Positions 10,098 to 18,691 of a stretch of DNA of 32,000 nucleotides are shown here, in pieces. Source of the DNA: Synechococcus sp. A15-24 (GTDB lineage: Bacteria > Cyanobacteriota > Cyanobacteriia > PCC-6307 > Cyanobiaceae); contig NZ_CP047960.1 in assembly GCF_014280195.1 (NCBI RefSeq), positions 660,001-692,000 on the forward strand. Direction: 5' to 3'. The position numbers and the translations under genes were made by a program. The stretch's first letter is position 1; each line of letters begins with the position of its first letter. The notes below the pieces were generated by a model. The model did not search any database and was not told where the DNA came from. It worked only from the letters and a program-made list of their open reading frames with translations.

Positions 10098-11198
10098 TCA
10101 GTCGCGGCGATCGGCCCAGGGGGGCAGATCGATGAACACGTTTGTTCCCGCTTCCAGGCCCTTCAGGATCGCAGTCTGATCACCGCTGCTGCTGCCGAGC
10201 TCCACCTCCTGAAACTGTGGTTTCTGTTGTTCGTCCACCAGCAAAACGCCGGGTTTTCCATCTTCGGTGACGATCGCAACGGTGGGCACCAACGTCTTCG
10301 GAGTGCTTTGACCGGTCTGAAAGTTGATGTCGGCGGTCATGCCAATCAGCAGTTTCTCAGGTGGATTTACCAGTGCAAGTTTCACCTCGAAGGAGGTGAC
10401 GTTGTCTTGTTTTTCTGCTCGAGGCGCTACCTCACTCACCTGGGCCTTGAAGCGTTCATCTGGGAAGGCGTCCACACGGATCTCAGCAGATTGGCCGGTG
10501 GCAATCCGTCCGATTTCACTTTCCGGCACGCGTGCCGCCACCTCAAGGCCTTTGGATAACTCAACGATTGAGGAACTGGTGGCACCAGCCGTGGCGGAGG
10601 CGGCCGTGGTGGGAGTCACGAAAGCCCCAGGTTCTGCGTAGCGAGCTGTGATGGTGCCATCGAAGGGGGCACGAATCTCCTGCTCGTTCTGTTCTTCCTT
10701 CAGTTGGTTGAGACGTTCGCGGGAGGCCACCACAGCGGCCTGGCTGGCCAGCATCTGGTTTTGCACCTTGCTGAAGTCATCAGCGCTGATCACGCCCATG
10801 CGGAAGAGCTGTTGACGGCGGTCGAAGTCGTCCTTGCGGCTCTGGTAGTTCGCTTCGGTCTGGCGCAGCAGGGCCTGACGTTCCTGCACGCGTTCTTCAA
10901 TGTCGCCCGGGTCCATCACCGCCAGAAGCTGCCCCTTGATGACTTCATCCCCTTCATCCACCAGCAGTTGTTCCAGTAGTCCCTGCTGGCGAGGACTGAC
11001 GTTGACCTTCTGCATGGCCAACAGCTCTCCGCTGGCGGTGATCACGCCGGACAAGGCACCCCGTTCAGCACTGGCCACGTAGGGAGTCAGATCCCGTTGA
11101 CGGCTGCTCCAGGGCCCGAAACGCAGCAGGACGAAACCACTGCCAGCAACCGCCAGCACTAGTGCTGCAGTCAGCCACTTGGGTCGGGAGCCTTTCAT
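10098..11198 (-). CDS. HlyD/MacA-type efflux periplasmic adaptor (membrane fusion protein)
   Basis: From the ATG at 11198: MKGSRPKWLTAALVLAVAGSGF (TM anchor), biotinyl-lipoyl-like VDEGDEVIKGQLLAVMD, a coiled-coil segment, and APFDGTITARYAEPGAFV. The listed ORF is over-extended across the divergent ychF promoter region. Confidence 0.85.
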   Translation of the reverse strand: MKGSRPKWLTAALVLAVAGSGFVLLRFGPWSSRQRDLTPYVASAERGALSGVITASGELLAMQKVNVSPRQQGLLEQLLVDEGDEVIKGQLLAVMDPGDIEERVQERQALLRQTEANYQSRKDDFDRRQQLFRMGVISADDFSKVQNQMLASQAAVVASRERLNQLKEEQNEQEIRAPFDGTITARYAEPGAFVTPTTAASATAGATSSSIVELSKGLEVAARVPESEIGRIATGQSAEIRVDAFPDERFKAQVSEVAPRAEKQDNVTSFEVKLALVNPPEKLLIGMTADINFQTGQSTPKTLVPTVAIVTEDGKPGVLLVDEQQKPQFQEVELGSSSGDQTAILKGLEAGTNVFIDLPPWADRRD

Positions 11199-11316
11199 TG
11201 GGGATGGGACGGTGAGACGGTTGGTCTCCGTCGTGGACTCAGGGTGTCGCAGGGTCTGCAGCATGGGCCCACAAAACTTCACAACAGTCTCGCCGCTGGC
11301 CGGTAGATTCCGCCCC

Positions 11317-12408
11317 ATGCTCAAAGCCGGAATTGTCGGCTTGCCCAACGTGGGCAAGTCAACCCTGTTCAACGCTCTGGTGGCCAACGCTAAGGCGCAG
11401 GCCGCCAACTTTCCGTTCTGCACCATCGAGCCGAATGTCGGCACGGTGGCGGTGCCGGATGAGCGCCTTGATCAGCTCACCAAGCTCAGCAGCAGCCTCG
11501 ACACCATTCCCACACGGATGGAATTCGTCGATATCGCCGGACTGGTGAAGGGGGCAAGCCAGGGAGAAGGTCTCGGAAACAAGTTCCTGGCCAACATCCG
11601 CGAGGTGGATGCGATTGTTCATGTGATCCGCTGCTTTGAGGATGACGACGTCATCCATGTGTCTGGTTCCGTTGGACCGGCCCGTGATGCAGAGGTGATC
11701 AATCTGGAGCTCGGTCTGGCGGATCTGGCGCAGATCGAGAAGCGAAGAGAGCGACTGAAAAAGCAAATGCGCACCAGCAAGGAAGCGCAACAGGAAGATG
11801 CTGCGTTGGAGCGGATTCAGGCTGTGCTGGAGGACGGTGGTGCGGCCCGTTCTATTGAATTGAGCGAGGAGGAGGCACTGATGATCAAGCCCCTCGGATT
11901 GTTGACCGCCAAGCCGATCATCTATGCCACCAACGTGAGCGAAGAAGATCTGGCAGAGGGAAATGCTTACTGCACCGAAGTGATCAACCTGGCGGCCAAC
12001 GAGGGTGCGGAAACCGTTCGGATTTCAGCTCAGGTGGAAGCAGAGCTGATTGAGTTGGGGGACGACGAGCGAACTGATTACCTTGAAGGACTGGGGGTCA
12101 GTGAAGGTGGTTTGCAGAGCCTGATCCAGGCGACGTACAGATTGCTGGGGCTGCGCACATACTTCACCACCGGTGAGAAGGAAACCCGGGCCTGGACGTT
12201 CAAGGCCGGCATGACGGCACCGCAGGCTGCTGGTGTGATTCACACCGATTTTGAACGGGGCTTCATCCGAGCTCAGACGATTGGATGGGAGAAGTTAATT
12301 GAAGCTGGATCCCTTGCTGAGGCTCGCAATAAGGGTTGGCTTCGTAGTGAAGGAAAGGAGTATGTGGTGGATGAAGGTGATGTAATGGAGTTTCTGTTCA
12401 ATGTTTAA
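11317..12408 (+). CDS. ychF: redox-regulated ATPase YchF (Obg-like GTPase family)
   Basis: From the ATG at 11317: [21 protein letters not shown] (P-loop), then [10 protein letters not shown] and the C-terminal TGS-like [15 protein letters not shown]. 363 aa, the typical YchF length. Confidence 0.95.
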   Translation: MLKAGIVGLPNVGKSTLFNALVANAKAQAANFPFCTIEPNVGTVAVPDERLDQLTKLSSSLDTIPTRMEFVDIAGLVKGASQGEGLGNKFLANIREVDAIVHVIRCFEDDDVIHVSGSVGPARDAEVINLELGLADLAQIEKRRERLKKQMRTSKEAQQEDAALERIQAVLEDGGAARSIELSEEEALMIKPLGLLTAKPIIYATNVSEEDLAEGNAYCTEVINLAANEGAETVRISAQVEAELIELGDDERTDYLEGLGVSEGGLQSLIQATYRLLGLRTYFTTGEKETRAWTFKAGMTAPQAAGVIHTDFERGFIRAQTIGWEKLIEAGSLAEARNKGWLRSEGKEYVVDEGDVMEFLFNV

Positions 12409-12603
12409 GTTAGTCAAGCTCAGTCGTTGAACTGAATTGTTCTTGAGTGTCGATTACTTCACGATTTGATTGAGAACGTTTCAACCGATGCATCCATTGA
12501 TGGCGACTGAGCAAGCTGGGAGTGTCAATACAGCATCAATCGCTCGTCGCGAAGCAATGGTTTGGCTTATGTACTCCTAACTTAAGTCGCTTCTTTAGAT
12601 CTG

Positions 12604-12912
12604 ATGTCGCGTCGCATCACCATGTTCAGATTGTTGCGATTGCTGGCGTTAGGCAGCTTGTTCCAGCCCTTGCGAGCGCAGGGATTGTTGTTCACGCTTC
12701 GCTCAGGATCCTTTCTCTCAACGGAGCCCAGTTACGACATCAAGACCCGCTTAGACCTTCCAGCTGGCAATGTTCTGGTTGAGAGCCCACCCCTTCAAGA
12801 AAAGGGCGAGTTCTGTCGCTACCAGTTGTTGGATGAGACAGGGCGTTCCTTGGATCCAGATGCAGCCTGGACTCCCTGTTTCAGCATCGACAGGTTGTTC
12901 GTCCGGCCCTGA
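12604..12912 (+). CDS. small hypothetical secreted protein (102 aa)
   Basis: Signal-peptide-like N-terminus (MSRRITMFRLLRLLALGSLFQPLRAQG) and two Cys. Lies in an AT-rich patch. The 3' 94 nt overlap the convergent MFS gene. No family recognised. Confidence 0.45.
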   Translation: MSRRITMFRLLRLLALGSLFQPLRAQGLLFTLRSGSFLSTEPSYDIKTRLDLPAGNVLVESPPLQEKGEFCRYQLLDETGRSLDPDAAWTPCFSIDRLFVRP

Positions 12913-14030
12913 ACGCCCCCTTGGAAACGGGGTCTTAAACCCTTCACCAATGGAAGAACGGCCAGGCTGATCGCGGCGACGCCAATCCAGAGCGTCAGTC
13001 CATGGCCCTGTTGGTCAAGAAGGTTGCCTCCCACAACTGGTGCTGCAATGGAGCTGAGGGCGAAGCATTGCGAGAACATCGCCATCGCTAAACCGCGATG
13101 CTCTGGCGGGGTTTCCTCCACAACGGCTTCCGTTGCCGTTGGAAGGAACGCCGCCTGGGCAAAGGCCATCGGCAGCAGGGCCACCATGACCAGTCCAGTC
13201 CCCGAGGCGCTCAAGGCTGACAATCCAATCAGGGTGCAACCGGTCGCGAACGACACGAGGCTGAGGCTGAGGCCGAAGCCCACACTGCGTTCCGACAGCC
13301 AGCGCCCCACCGGCCACTGCAGCAACACCAGAAGTGTCAGCTGGAAAGCGATCAGAGCACTGCTGTGACTTTCGCTGAGACCCGGACGTTCAAGGCCTCC
13401 TTTGACGAGGTCCAAGGGCAGGGCGCTTTGCTGGAGCGACAGGATGCCGGTCGCCACAACACTCACCACCAGAACCGGCAGCAGGGGGGGTAGCCAGGTC
13501 AAGTCCAGCGTCCTTGTTGACGACTCCGAATGCGTCCCCTGCGGCATCGGCCGTTCATCCAGCAGTGGTTGAACGCTGATCAGGATCAGGACACTGGCCA
13601 TGCAGATGGCTTCCACGCCATACACGAGCCGCAACTGGCCAATGCTGGCGGCCATCGTTCCCAGCAAAGCTCCCAGGCCGATTCCGAGGGCATCTGCGCT
13701 GCGGACCAATGCATAGCCACGTCCAGATGGAAGGTCGCCGCAGTTGAGGGGAACAGCCAGCTCAATAGCCGGCCAGTACAGACCTGCTGCGATCCCCAGC
13801 AGGAGCTGACCCAGCACGTAAGCGCTGAAGGTGTCGGCCTGAAACAGCATCAGGTCTGCACTGATGGCAAGCAGTGTTGTGGCGCGGATCGGCCAGGAGC
13901 AGCGCAACCCGCGATCAAGCAAGGCGCCACTGAGCAATCGAACCACCGTTCCCACCAACGCAGAGACGGCGAGACCACGACCGACCTGACTGGCGGAGAA
14001 AGCGATGGCATGGAAGACCAGCGGTGTCAT
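12819..14030 (-). CDS. MFS transporter (start probably upstream of the listed ATG)
   Basis: Multi-TM. MFS motif A (GALLDRGLR) sits only about 35 aa after the listed Met, so TM1 is missing from this model. The same frame stays open upstream to 14201 and encodes a TM1-like segment. See the finding at 14028-14204. Confidence 0.8.
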   Translation of the reverse strand: MTPLVFHAIAFSASQVGRGLAVSALVGTVVRLLSGALLDRGLRCSWPIRATTLLAISADLMLFQADTFSAYVLGQLLLGIAAGLYWPAIELAVPLNCGDLPSGRGYALVRSADALGIGLGALLGTMAASIGQLRLVYGVEAICMASVLILISVQPLLDERPMPQGTHSESSTRTLDLTWLPPLLPVLVVSVVATGILSLQQSALPLDLVKGGLERPGLSESHSSALIAFQLTLLVLLQWPVGRWLSERSVGFGLSLSLVSFATGCTLIGLSALSASGTGLVMVALLPMAFAQAAFLPTATEAVVEETPPEHRGLAMAMFSQCFALSSIAAPVVGGNLLDQQGHGLTLWIGVAAISLAVLPLVKGLRPRFQGGVQGRTNNLSMLKQGVQAASGSKERPVSSNNW

Positions 14031-14131
14031 GAAGATGACGCCGCCGGCGCCAATCGAGGCCAGCAGCCGGAGACGGGTGACATTTCGCAGGCCTGGAGGA
14101 AACTGGTTCCACCACCGCAGAGGATCAGGAG

Positions 14132-15736
14132 TTGCTGCGCGGACGCTTCTCAGGACGATGCCTCGTGGTGGGCTTGTTGAGCAGTCTGCTGGCCCTGCAG
14201 CTCACACCGTGGCCTGCACGATCAGCTGAACGTCTGGAAGTCAGCATCGATGGCATCGTTCTTCCCCTCGATGTCGACGACCTTGTTGCCTGGGTGAGTT
14301 CGTCAGACGACTCCCGTTCGGAACTTGCGACCTGGATGCAGCTGCTGGACAGCGAAAGCCGTGAGGGGCTGAGTCGTCTGCTGATGGCACCGGTGTTGAC
14401 CAGGCGCAGTTTCGGGCAGCAATTGCTGCGCAGCTGGGCAGCACGTCCCCTTTTGGAGGCCCTCGGAGAGCTGATCCGGCTCGAGGGAGGTGAACCAGTG
14501 GACAGTCAGCAGGTGCTGGAAACCCTGGAGCAGTTGTTGGTCAACCGTGCTGAGGTGACCACCCTCGACCTGCTGCAGGCTTTGCCCGGAGAGCAGTTGC
14601 GGCTTGATCTCGATGCTTTGGTTCTGGCGTCTTCGCGTTGGCGGCATCAGTTGAAGCGTCACCAGGGGTTGCTGCAGGACCTCGGGCGAGAGGCGTTGCT
14701 CTCCATGTCGCCAGCACCTGAGACGCGGTTCTCCAGCTCCTCCCTGGCCTTTCAGCAGAGCCTGCATCAGATCCGCCTACCCCATCGAAGCAAGCCTCTT
14801 CAAGTGGAGACCTGGGTTCCGGTTGATCAGCGCCGGGACGGACTGTGGCTGCTGTTCATGCCGGGACTGGGGGGAAATCCGGAGCACTTCTACTGGTTAG
14901 CTCGTCGCGTGGCCGGGGCCGGTTGGCCTGTTGCGCTGCTGGAGCATCCAGGCAGTGATGCCGCTGCTGTGCAGGCCCTGCTTCAGGGGCGACAGCCCTT
15001 CGATGGAACAAAGGCTCTCGAGCAGCGATTGCAAGACCTTGCCGGAGTGCTGCGGGCTCAGAACGACCAGCGTCTTCCGTTGACGGGTGACCGGGTGGTG
15101 ATTGCAGGCCATTCCCTCGGTGCGCTCACCGCGCTGCTTGCTGCTGGGGCGGAGCCCCAAGGGGGCATCGGCGCCCGTTGCGGTCGGGCGCTGAAAGACC
15201 TCCCCCTGACCAATCTCTCTCGACTGCTCCAATGTGAGTTGGCGGAGGGCAAGGCACTGCGTTGGGTGGCGGACAGTCCCGAACCAGCTGCAGTGGTGGG
15301 ACTTAACAGCCTTGGGAGCCTTGTCTGGGCACCGGGTCAACCCAGCCGGTGGCCTGTCCCTTTGCTCCTGCTGGGGGGAACGTTAGATCTGATCACACCT
15401 CCGCTGGATGAGCAGCTGGGGGTGTTCTCGGCTCTGGCCAACCACCCCACCAGCCGTGTTGTCGTCGTGGAAGGTGCCAGCCACTTTTCACCAATTCGCG
15501 TCGGTGAACCGATGGCCGTACGGCAGAACGATGATCTGTTCCAGCTGGGCGAGGAGCTCGTGGGCATGGATCCGATCAGCGTTCAGGCTGTGATCGGTGT
15601 CGAGATCATTGATTTTCTCGAGGCGGTTGCCGCGGGTGCGTCAGGGAAGGAGTCGCAACACTTCAGTCGCGGTGAGGTGCGATGGCATCGGCTCAACCCT
15701 GAGATAGCCGCAGATCTATCCGCTCGGCATCAGTAG
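14132..15736 (+). CDS. secreted alpha/beta hydrolase with N-terminal DUF1400-like domain
   Basis: Signal-like N-terminus (CLVVGLLSSLLALQL..ARSAERLEVSIDGIVLPL), nucleophile elbow IAGHSLGALTALLAAG, and a late GASHFSP His motif. Start is uncertain: TTG at 14132, or GTG at 14165 or 14168. Confidence 0.75.
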   Translation: MLRGRFSGRCLVVGLLSSLLALQLTPWPARSAERLEVSIDGIVLPLDVDDLVAWVSSSDDSRSELATWMQLLDSESREGLSRLLMAPVLTRRSFGQQLLRSWAARPLLEALGELIRLEGGEPVDSQQVLETLEQLLVNRAEVTTLDLLQALPGEQLRLDLDALVLASSRWRHQLKRHQGLLQDLGREALLSMSPAPETRFSSSSLAFQQSLHQIRLPHRSKPLQVETWVPVDQRRDGLWLLFMPGLGGNPEHFYWLARRVAGAGWPVALLEHPGSDAAAVQALLQGRQPFDGTKALEQRLQDLAGVLRAQNDQRLPLTGDRVVIAGHSLGALTALLAAGAEPQGGIGARCGRALKDLPLTNLSRLLQCELAEGKALRWVADSPEPAAVVGLNSLGSLVWAPGQPSRWPVPLLLLGGTLDLITPPLDEQLGVFSALANHPTSRVVVVEGASHFSPIRVGEPMAVRQNDDLFQLGEELVGMDPISVQAVIGVEIIDFLEAVAAGASGKESQHFSRGEVRWHRLNPEIAADLSARHQ

Positions 15737-16749
15737 CGGATCCTGGGATCCAGAGCCGCCACCAGCAGATCCACGGCCACACTCACCAGTACCACCAGGG
15801 CCGCAATCACCACCACGATGCCTTGAACGACGGGATAGTCGCGCTGGTTGATGGCCTCCTGCAGGCGGAGGGCGATGCCAGGCCAGGAAAAGGTCACCTC
15901 GATCAGCAGGGCTCCGCCGATCAGGGAGGCCACGGTGATACCGGCAATCGTGAGCACAGGCAGCAGGGAATTAGGAAGCCCATGGCGCAGCACCACCTGC
16001 GTTTCACTCAGTCCTCGGCTGCGGGCCGCCTCGACATAGTCACCCCGGAGGGTGCGCCTGAGGTTGAGGCGCAGCGCCGTTGTGAAGGTGCCGCTCAGCA
16101 GCAGGGCCAGGGTCCCAGCGGGGAGCATAAGGTGACGAATGGTGCCCCTCAGAGCAGTCCAGTCCAGGTCCAAAACGCTGTCGATCAGATAAAAACCGCT
16201 GCCCTGCGGTGGCATCAGGCTGGGGGGAAAGCGGCCACCTACAGGAAGCCAACCCAGACTGACGGCGAACAGCAGTTGCACCAGCATCGCCACCCAGAAT
16301 GGGGGGAGTGCGTAGGTGCCGAGACCGTAGAGACGTCCAGCCAGATCGAGCTTGCCTTCCGGGCGTGCGATACCGCTGAAGCCAATGCTCAGGCCAACGA
16401 TGGCTGCAACAACCAAGGCCACCACACTCAACTCAAGGCTGGCCGGGAGGGTTCGGCCGATGATGCTGCTTACCGGTTCCTGGTTGATCAACCCCTGACC
16501 GAGGTCGCCTTGGATCAGGCCATGCAGGTAGTCGAGGTATTGATCCAGCAGTGATTGATCGAGGCCGAGGCGAGCACGCATCGCTGCCTTAGCGGCCGCA
16601 GGAGCACGGCTCCCCAGCACCGCATCCACCGGATCTCCGGGGGCGACTCGCAGTAGCAGGAACACCAGCGTCGCGATCAACCAGAGCATCACCGGTGCCA
16701 GCCCCAGCCGGGTGGCGCTGTACCGCAACAATGCGCGAGCGCGTGCCAT
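15730..16749 (-). CDS. ABC transporter permease, DppB/OppB family
   Basis: 339 aa. N-terminus LLRYSATRLGLAPVMLWLIATLVFLLLRVAPGDPV is the typical DppB/OppB start. EAA-type loop YVEAARSRGLSETQVVLRHGLPN. The ATG shares one nt with the upstream stop (TGATG). Confidence 0.9.
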   Translation of the reverse strand: MARARALLRYSATRLGLAPVMLWLIATLVFLLLRVAPGDPVDAVLGSRAPAAAKAAMRARLGLDQSLLDQYLDYLHGLIQGDLGQGLINQEPVSSIIGRTLPASLELSVVALVVAAIVGLSIGFSGIARPEGKLDLAGRLYGLGTYALPPFWVAMLVQLLFAVSLGWLPVGGRFPPSLMPPQGSGFYLIDSVLDLDWTALRGTIRHLMLPAGTLALLLSGTFTTALRLNLRRTLRGDYVEAARSRGLSETQVVLRHGLPNSLLPVLTIAGITVASLIGGALLIEVTFSWPGIALRLQEAINQRDYPVVQGIVVVIAALVVLVSVAVDLLVAALDPRIRY

Positions 16750-18338
16750 CAGGGCAACTCCCTCAACTGTGCCAACAACAATTGGCCGCTGCCATCGAAA
16801 CGTGGCTGCTCAAGGTTGGTTTGGCTCCAGGCCCGTGGTGCTTCCAGCCACACCGGAATGTAGGCCGCTCCTTTGGCGGTGATTGTCTCGATGCGCTGCA
16901 ACTCCTGGTTGCGTTCGGCCCCTCGCAGGCGATCACTGCGGGTCAGCGTCTCCTGCAACCCCTTGGTGCTCCAGAAACTGCCACTGATGCTGGCTTCCCC
17001 TTCCAGGCAGACGTCGCCCTGGGGGGATGAGCAGCTCAGTAGGGGCGTGAGGTAGGCCTCAGGATCGGGGTAACTGCCCCTCCAGTCGAGCATCACCGCT
17101 TTGAAGGCTCCCTCGCCCAGCTGGCGATAAATCGTGGTCGACTCCACGCCGTCGAGCTCCAGGACAAGGCAGTCCGACAGATCCCGCTTCACCTGTGCCT
17201 GCCAGGTGAGGGCCAGCAATTTGTCGGCGGGGACGTTGGAGCGGAAGGTGAGCGGAATCCGCAGGGGTTGGCCGGCACAGAATCCGGCGTCGTTCAACAA
17301 CGCCCGGGCCGCTGTCGGGTCGTGCGCAGGCCAGCTGCTGCTGCGAGCACCAGAGATGCTGGGGGGCACAAGCGATCTCAGCGGTCGACGCAATCCATAG
17401 CTCACCCGCTCGCTGATCTCCTGGCGGTTGATGCTCAGGGCCAGCGCCTGCCTCAGGCGAGGGTCCTTGAGCGGAGCCACGTTGCTCAGCAACGTTATGT
17501 AGCCGATCTCCGTGGCTGGGCCAATGGCTTCCAGTAGCTGCCCCTCCTGTGCTGTCTCATGCAGGGCATGGCGCTGGTCTTCATCGATGGAGGGTGAGAG
17601 GAGCACGTCCACCTCTCCGCTGCGTAAGGCGCCATAGAGCGCTGTGGAGTTGCTCAGCGTGATCAGATCGAGCCCTGGGTTGGCGGGAGGTTCGCCCCAG
17701 TACTGCTCGAAGGGCTCGAGCCGCTGCTGGTGCTCACTGAAGTCGGTCAGTCTGTAAGGACCCGTGCCAACAAAGCGGTCGTGGAGAAAGCCATCGCGAT
17801 ACTGGGCGTAGGCCGTGGGAGACACAGGTGTGAGGTTCACTGAGGTCAGCAGACCCTCCAGAGAGGTGGAGGGGCGGCTCAGCCTGAGCACAAGTTGATG
17901 GTCTGCGGCGACCTCGACGGACCTGATCCGTCCACCCACCACATAGCTGAGGGTGCCGATCTCCAGAAACCGTCGCAGGCTGAAGGCCATGGCCTCAGCA
18001 TCAAACCGGGTTCCGTCGTGGAACAGCACATCCCTGCGTAGGGGGATGGTCACCGTCAGGCCATCGGGGCTGACGATTGGTGACGCCTCCGCCAGCCGTG
18101 GGATCAGCTCTTTATTGCCATCAAGGCTGTAAAGCGGATCCCCCAGGGCACTGAGCAGCTGGATGGTGTTGACGGTGCTGGCCTGGGCTGGATCGAGGGA
18201 ACTGATCTTTCCCGCGGACGCAACGGTCAGACGGTTCCCCGTTGCAATGGGTTGACAACCAAGTTGAGCAAGGCTGAGAAGCGCGGCGCCGAATGCGACC
18301 AACCAGGTTCTGGTCAGCTGTCGGTCTGCAAGCTTCAA
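16749..18338 (-). CDS. ABC transporter substrate-binding protein, family 5 (peptide/nickel type)
   Basis: 529 aa. Signal with a lipobox-like LAQLGC, and SBP family 5 similarity throughout. TTG start at 18338 is uncertain. Confidence 0.9.
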   Translation of the reverse strand: MKLADRQLTRTWLVAFGAALLSLAQLGCQPIATGNRLTVASAGKISSLDPAQASTVNTIQLLSALGDPLYSLDGNKELIPRLAEASPIVSPDGLTVTIPLRRDVLFHDGTRFDAEAMAFSLRRFLEIGTLSYVVGGRIRSVEVAADHQLVLRLSRPSTSLEGLLTSVNLTPVSPTAYAQYRDGFLHDRFVGTGPYRLTDFSEHQQRLEPFEQYWGEPPANPGLDLITLSNSTALYGALRSGEVDVLLSPSIDEDQRHALHETAQEGQLLEAIGPATEIGYITLLSNVAPLKDPRLRQALALSINRQEISERVSYGLRRPLRSLVPPSISGARSSSWPAHDPTAARALLNDAGFCAGQPLRIPLTFRSNVPADKLLALTWQAQVKRDLSDCLVLELDGVESTTIYRQLGEGAFKAVMLDWRGSYPDPEAYLTPLLSCSSPQGDVCLEGEASISGSFWSTKGLQETLTRSDRLRGAERNQELQRIETITAKGAAYIPVWLEAPRAWSQTNLEQPRFDGSGQLLLAQLRELP

Positions 18339-18364
18339 GACATCCGGAGGCCGACCTTGGGTAT

Positions 18365-18619
18365 TTAAAGGCCAACCGCTGAGATCTGCTGCAATGACAC
18401 CTCAAAGACCGGAGAACCCAATTTGGGTTCCATCGGCCAACGACGGATCCAGCAGCGGTCATGCTCACCGTCGACACCAATCACCTGGAATGTCCCTACA
18501 TCGCTGGTCAGGTTGACCTGATCTCCCTGCTGAATCTCCATGACGTCTGAAGGCTCGAGGAGCCTGCAGCCTTGAACAACAGCGGCAGCGGCGACGTTTG
18601 ACATGAACAGTTCATGCAT
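18365..18619 (-). CDS. small hypothetical protein (84 aa)
   Basis: Intact ORF with an ATG start, 26 nt upstream of the SBP gene on the same strand. AAGGAG lies upstream. No family recognised with confidence. Confidence 0.5.
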   Translation of the reverse strand: MHELFMSNVAAAAVVQGCRLLEPSDVMEIQQGDQVNLTSDVGTFQVIGVDGEHDRCWIRRWPMEPKLGSPVFEVSLQQISAVGL

Positions 18620-18691
18620 GAATCAGCGGAAGCTGACTCCTTCTGTTGGAGATCTTGACACTGAATGGGCCGCGATGGCGTGGATTAGGTG

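Noticed and set aside
12409-12603. Possible tRNA, sRNA or terminator in the 195-nt ychF downstream spacer
   Set aside because: I found only short weak stems (5 bp, for example TCAGT/ACTGA, and the GATGCATC palindrome). There is no cloverleaf and no motif I recognise. It is kept only as part of the AT-rich patch finding.
12522-12782. 86-aa plus-strand ORF overlapping the start of the small secreted ORF
   Set aside because: It is in a different frame from the better candidate at 12604-12912. It has no signal or domain features, and it starts within AT-rich non-coding sequence.
15823-16554. 243-aa plus-strand ORF opposite the ABC permease. The same applies to 20556-21317, 22054-22764, 23069-23770, 29142-29762 and 7491-8033.
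   Set aside because: All are antisense to well-supported genes, have biased composition, and match no family I recognise. Shadow ORFs.
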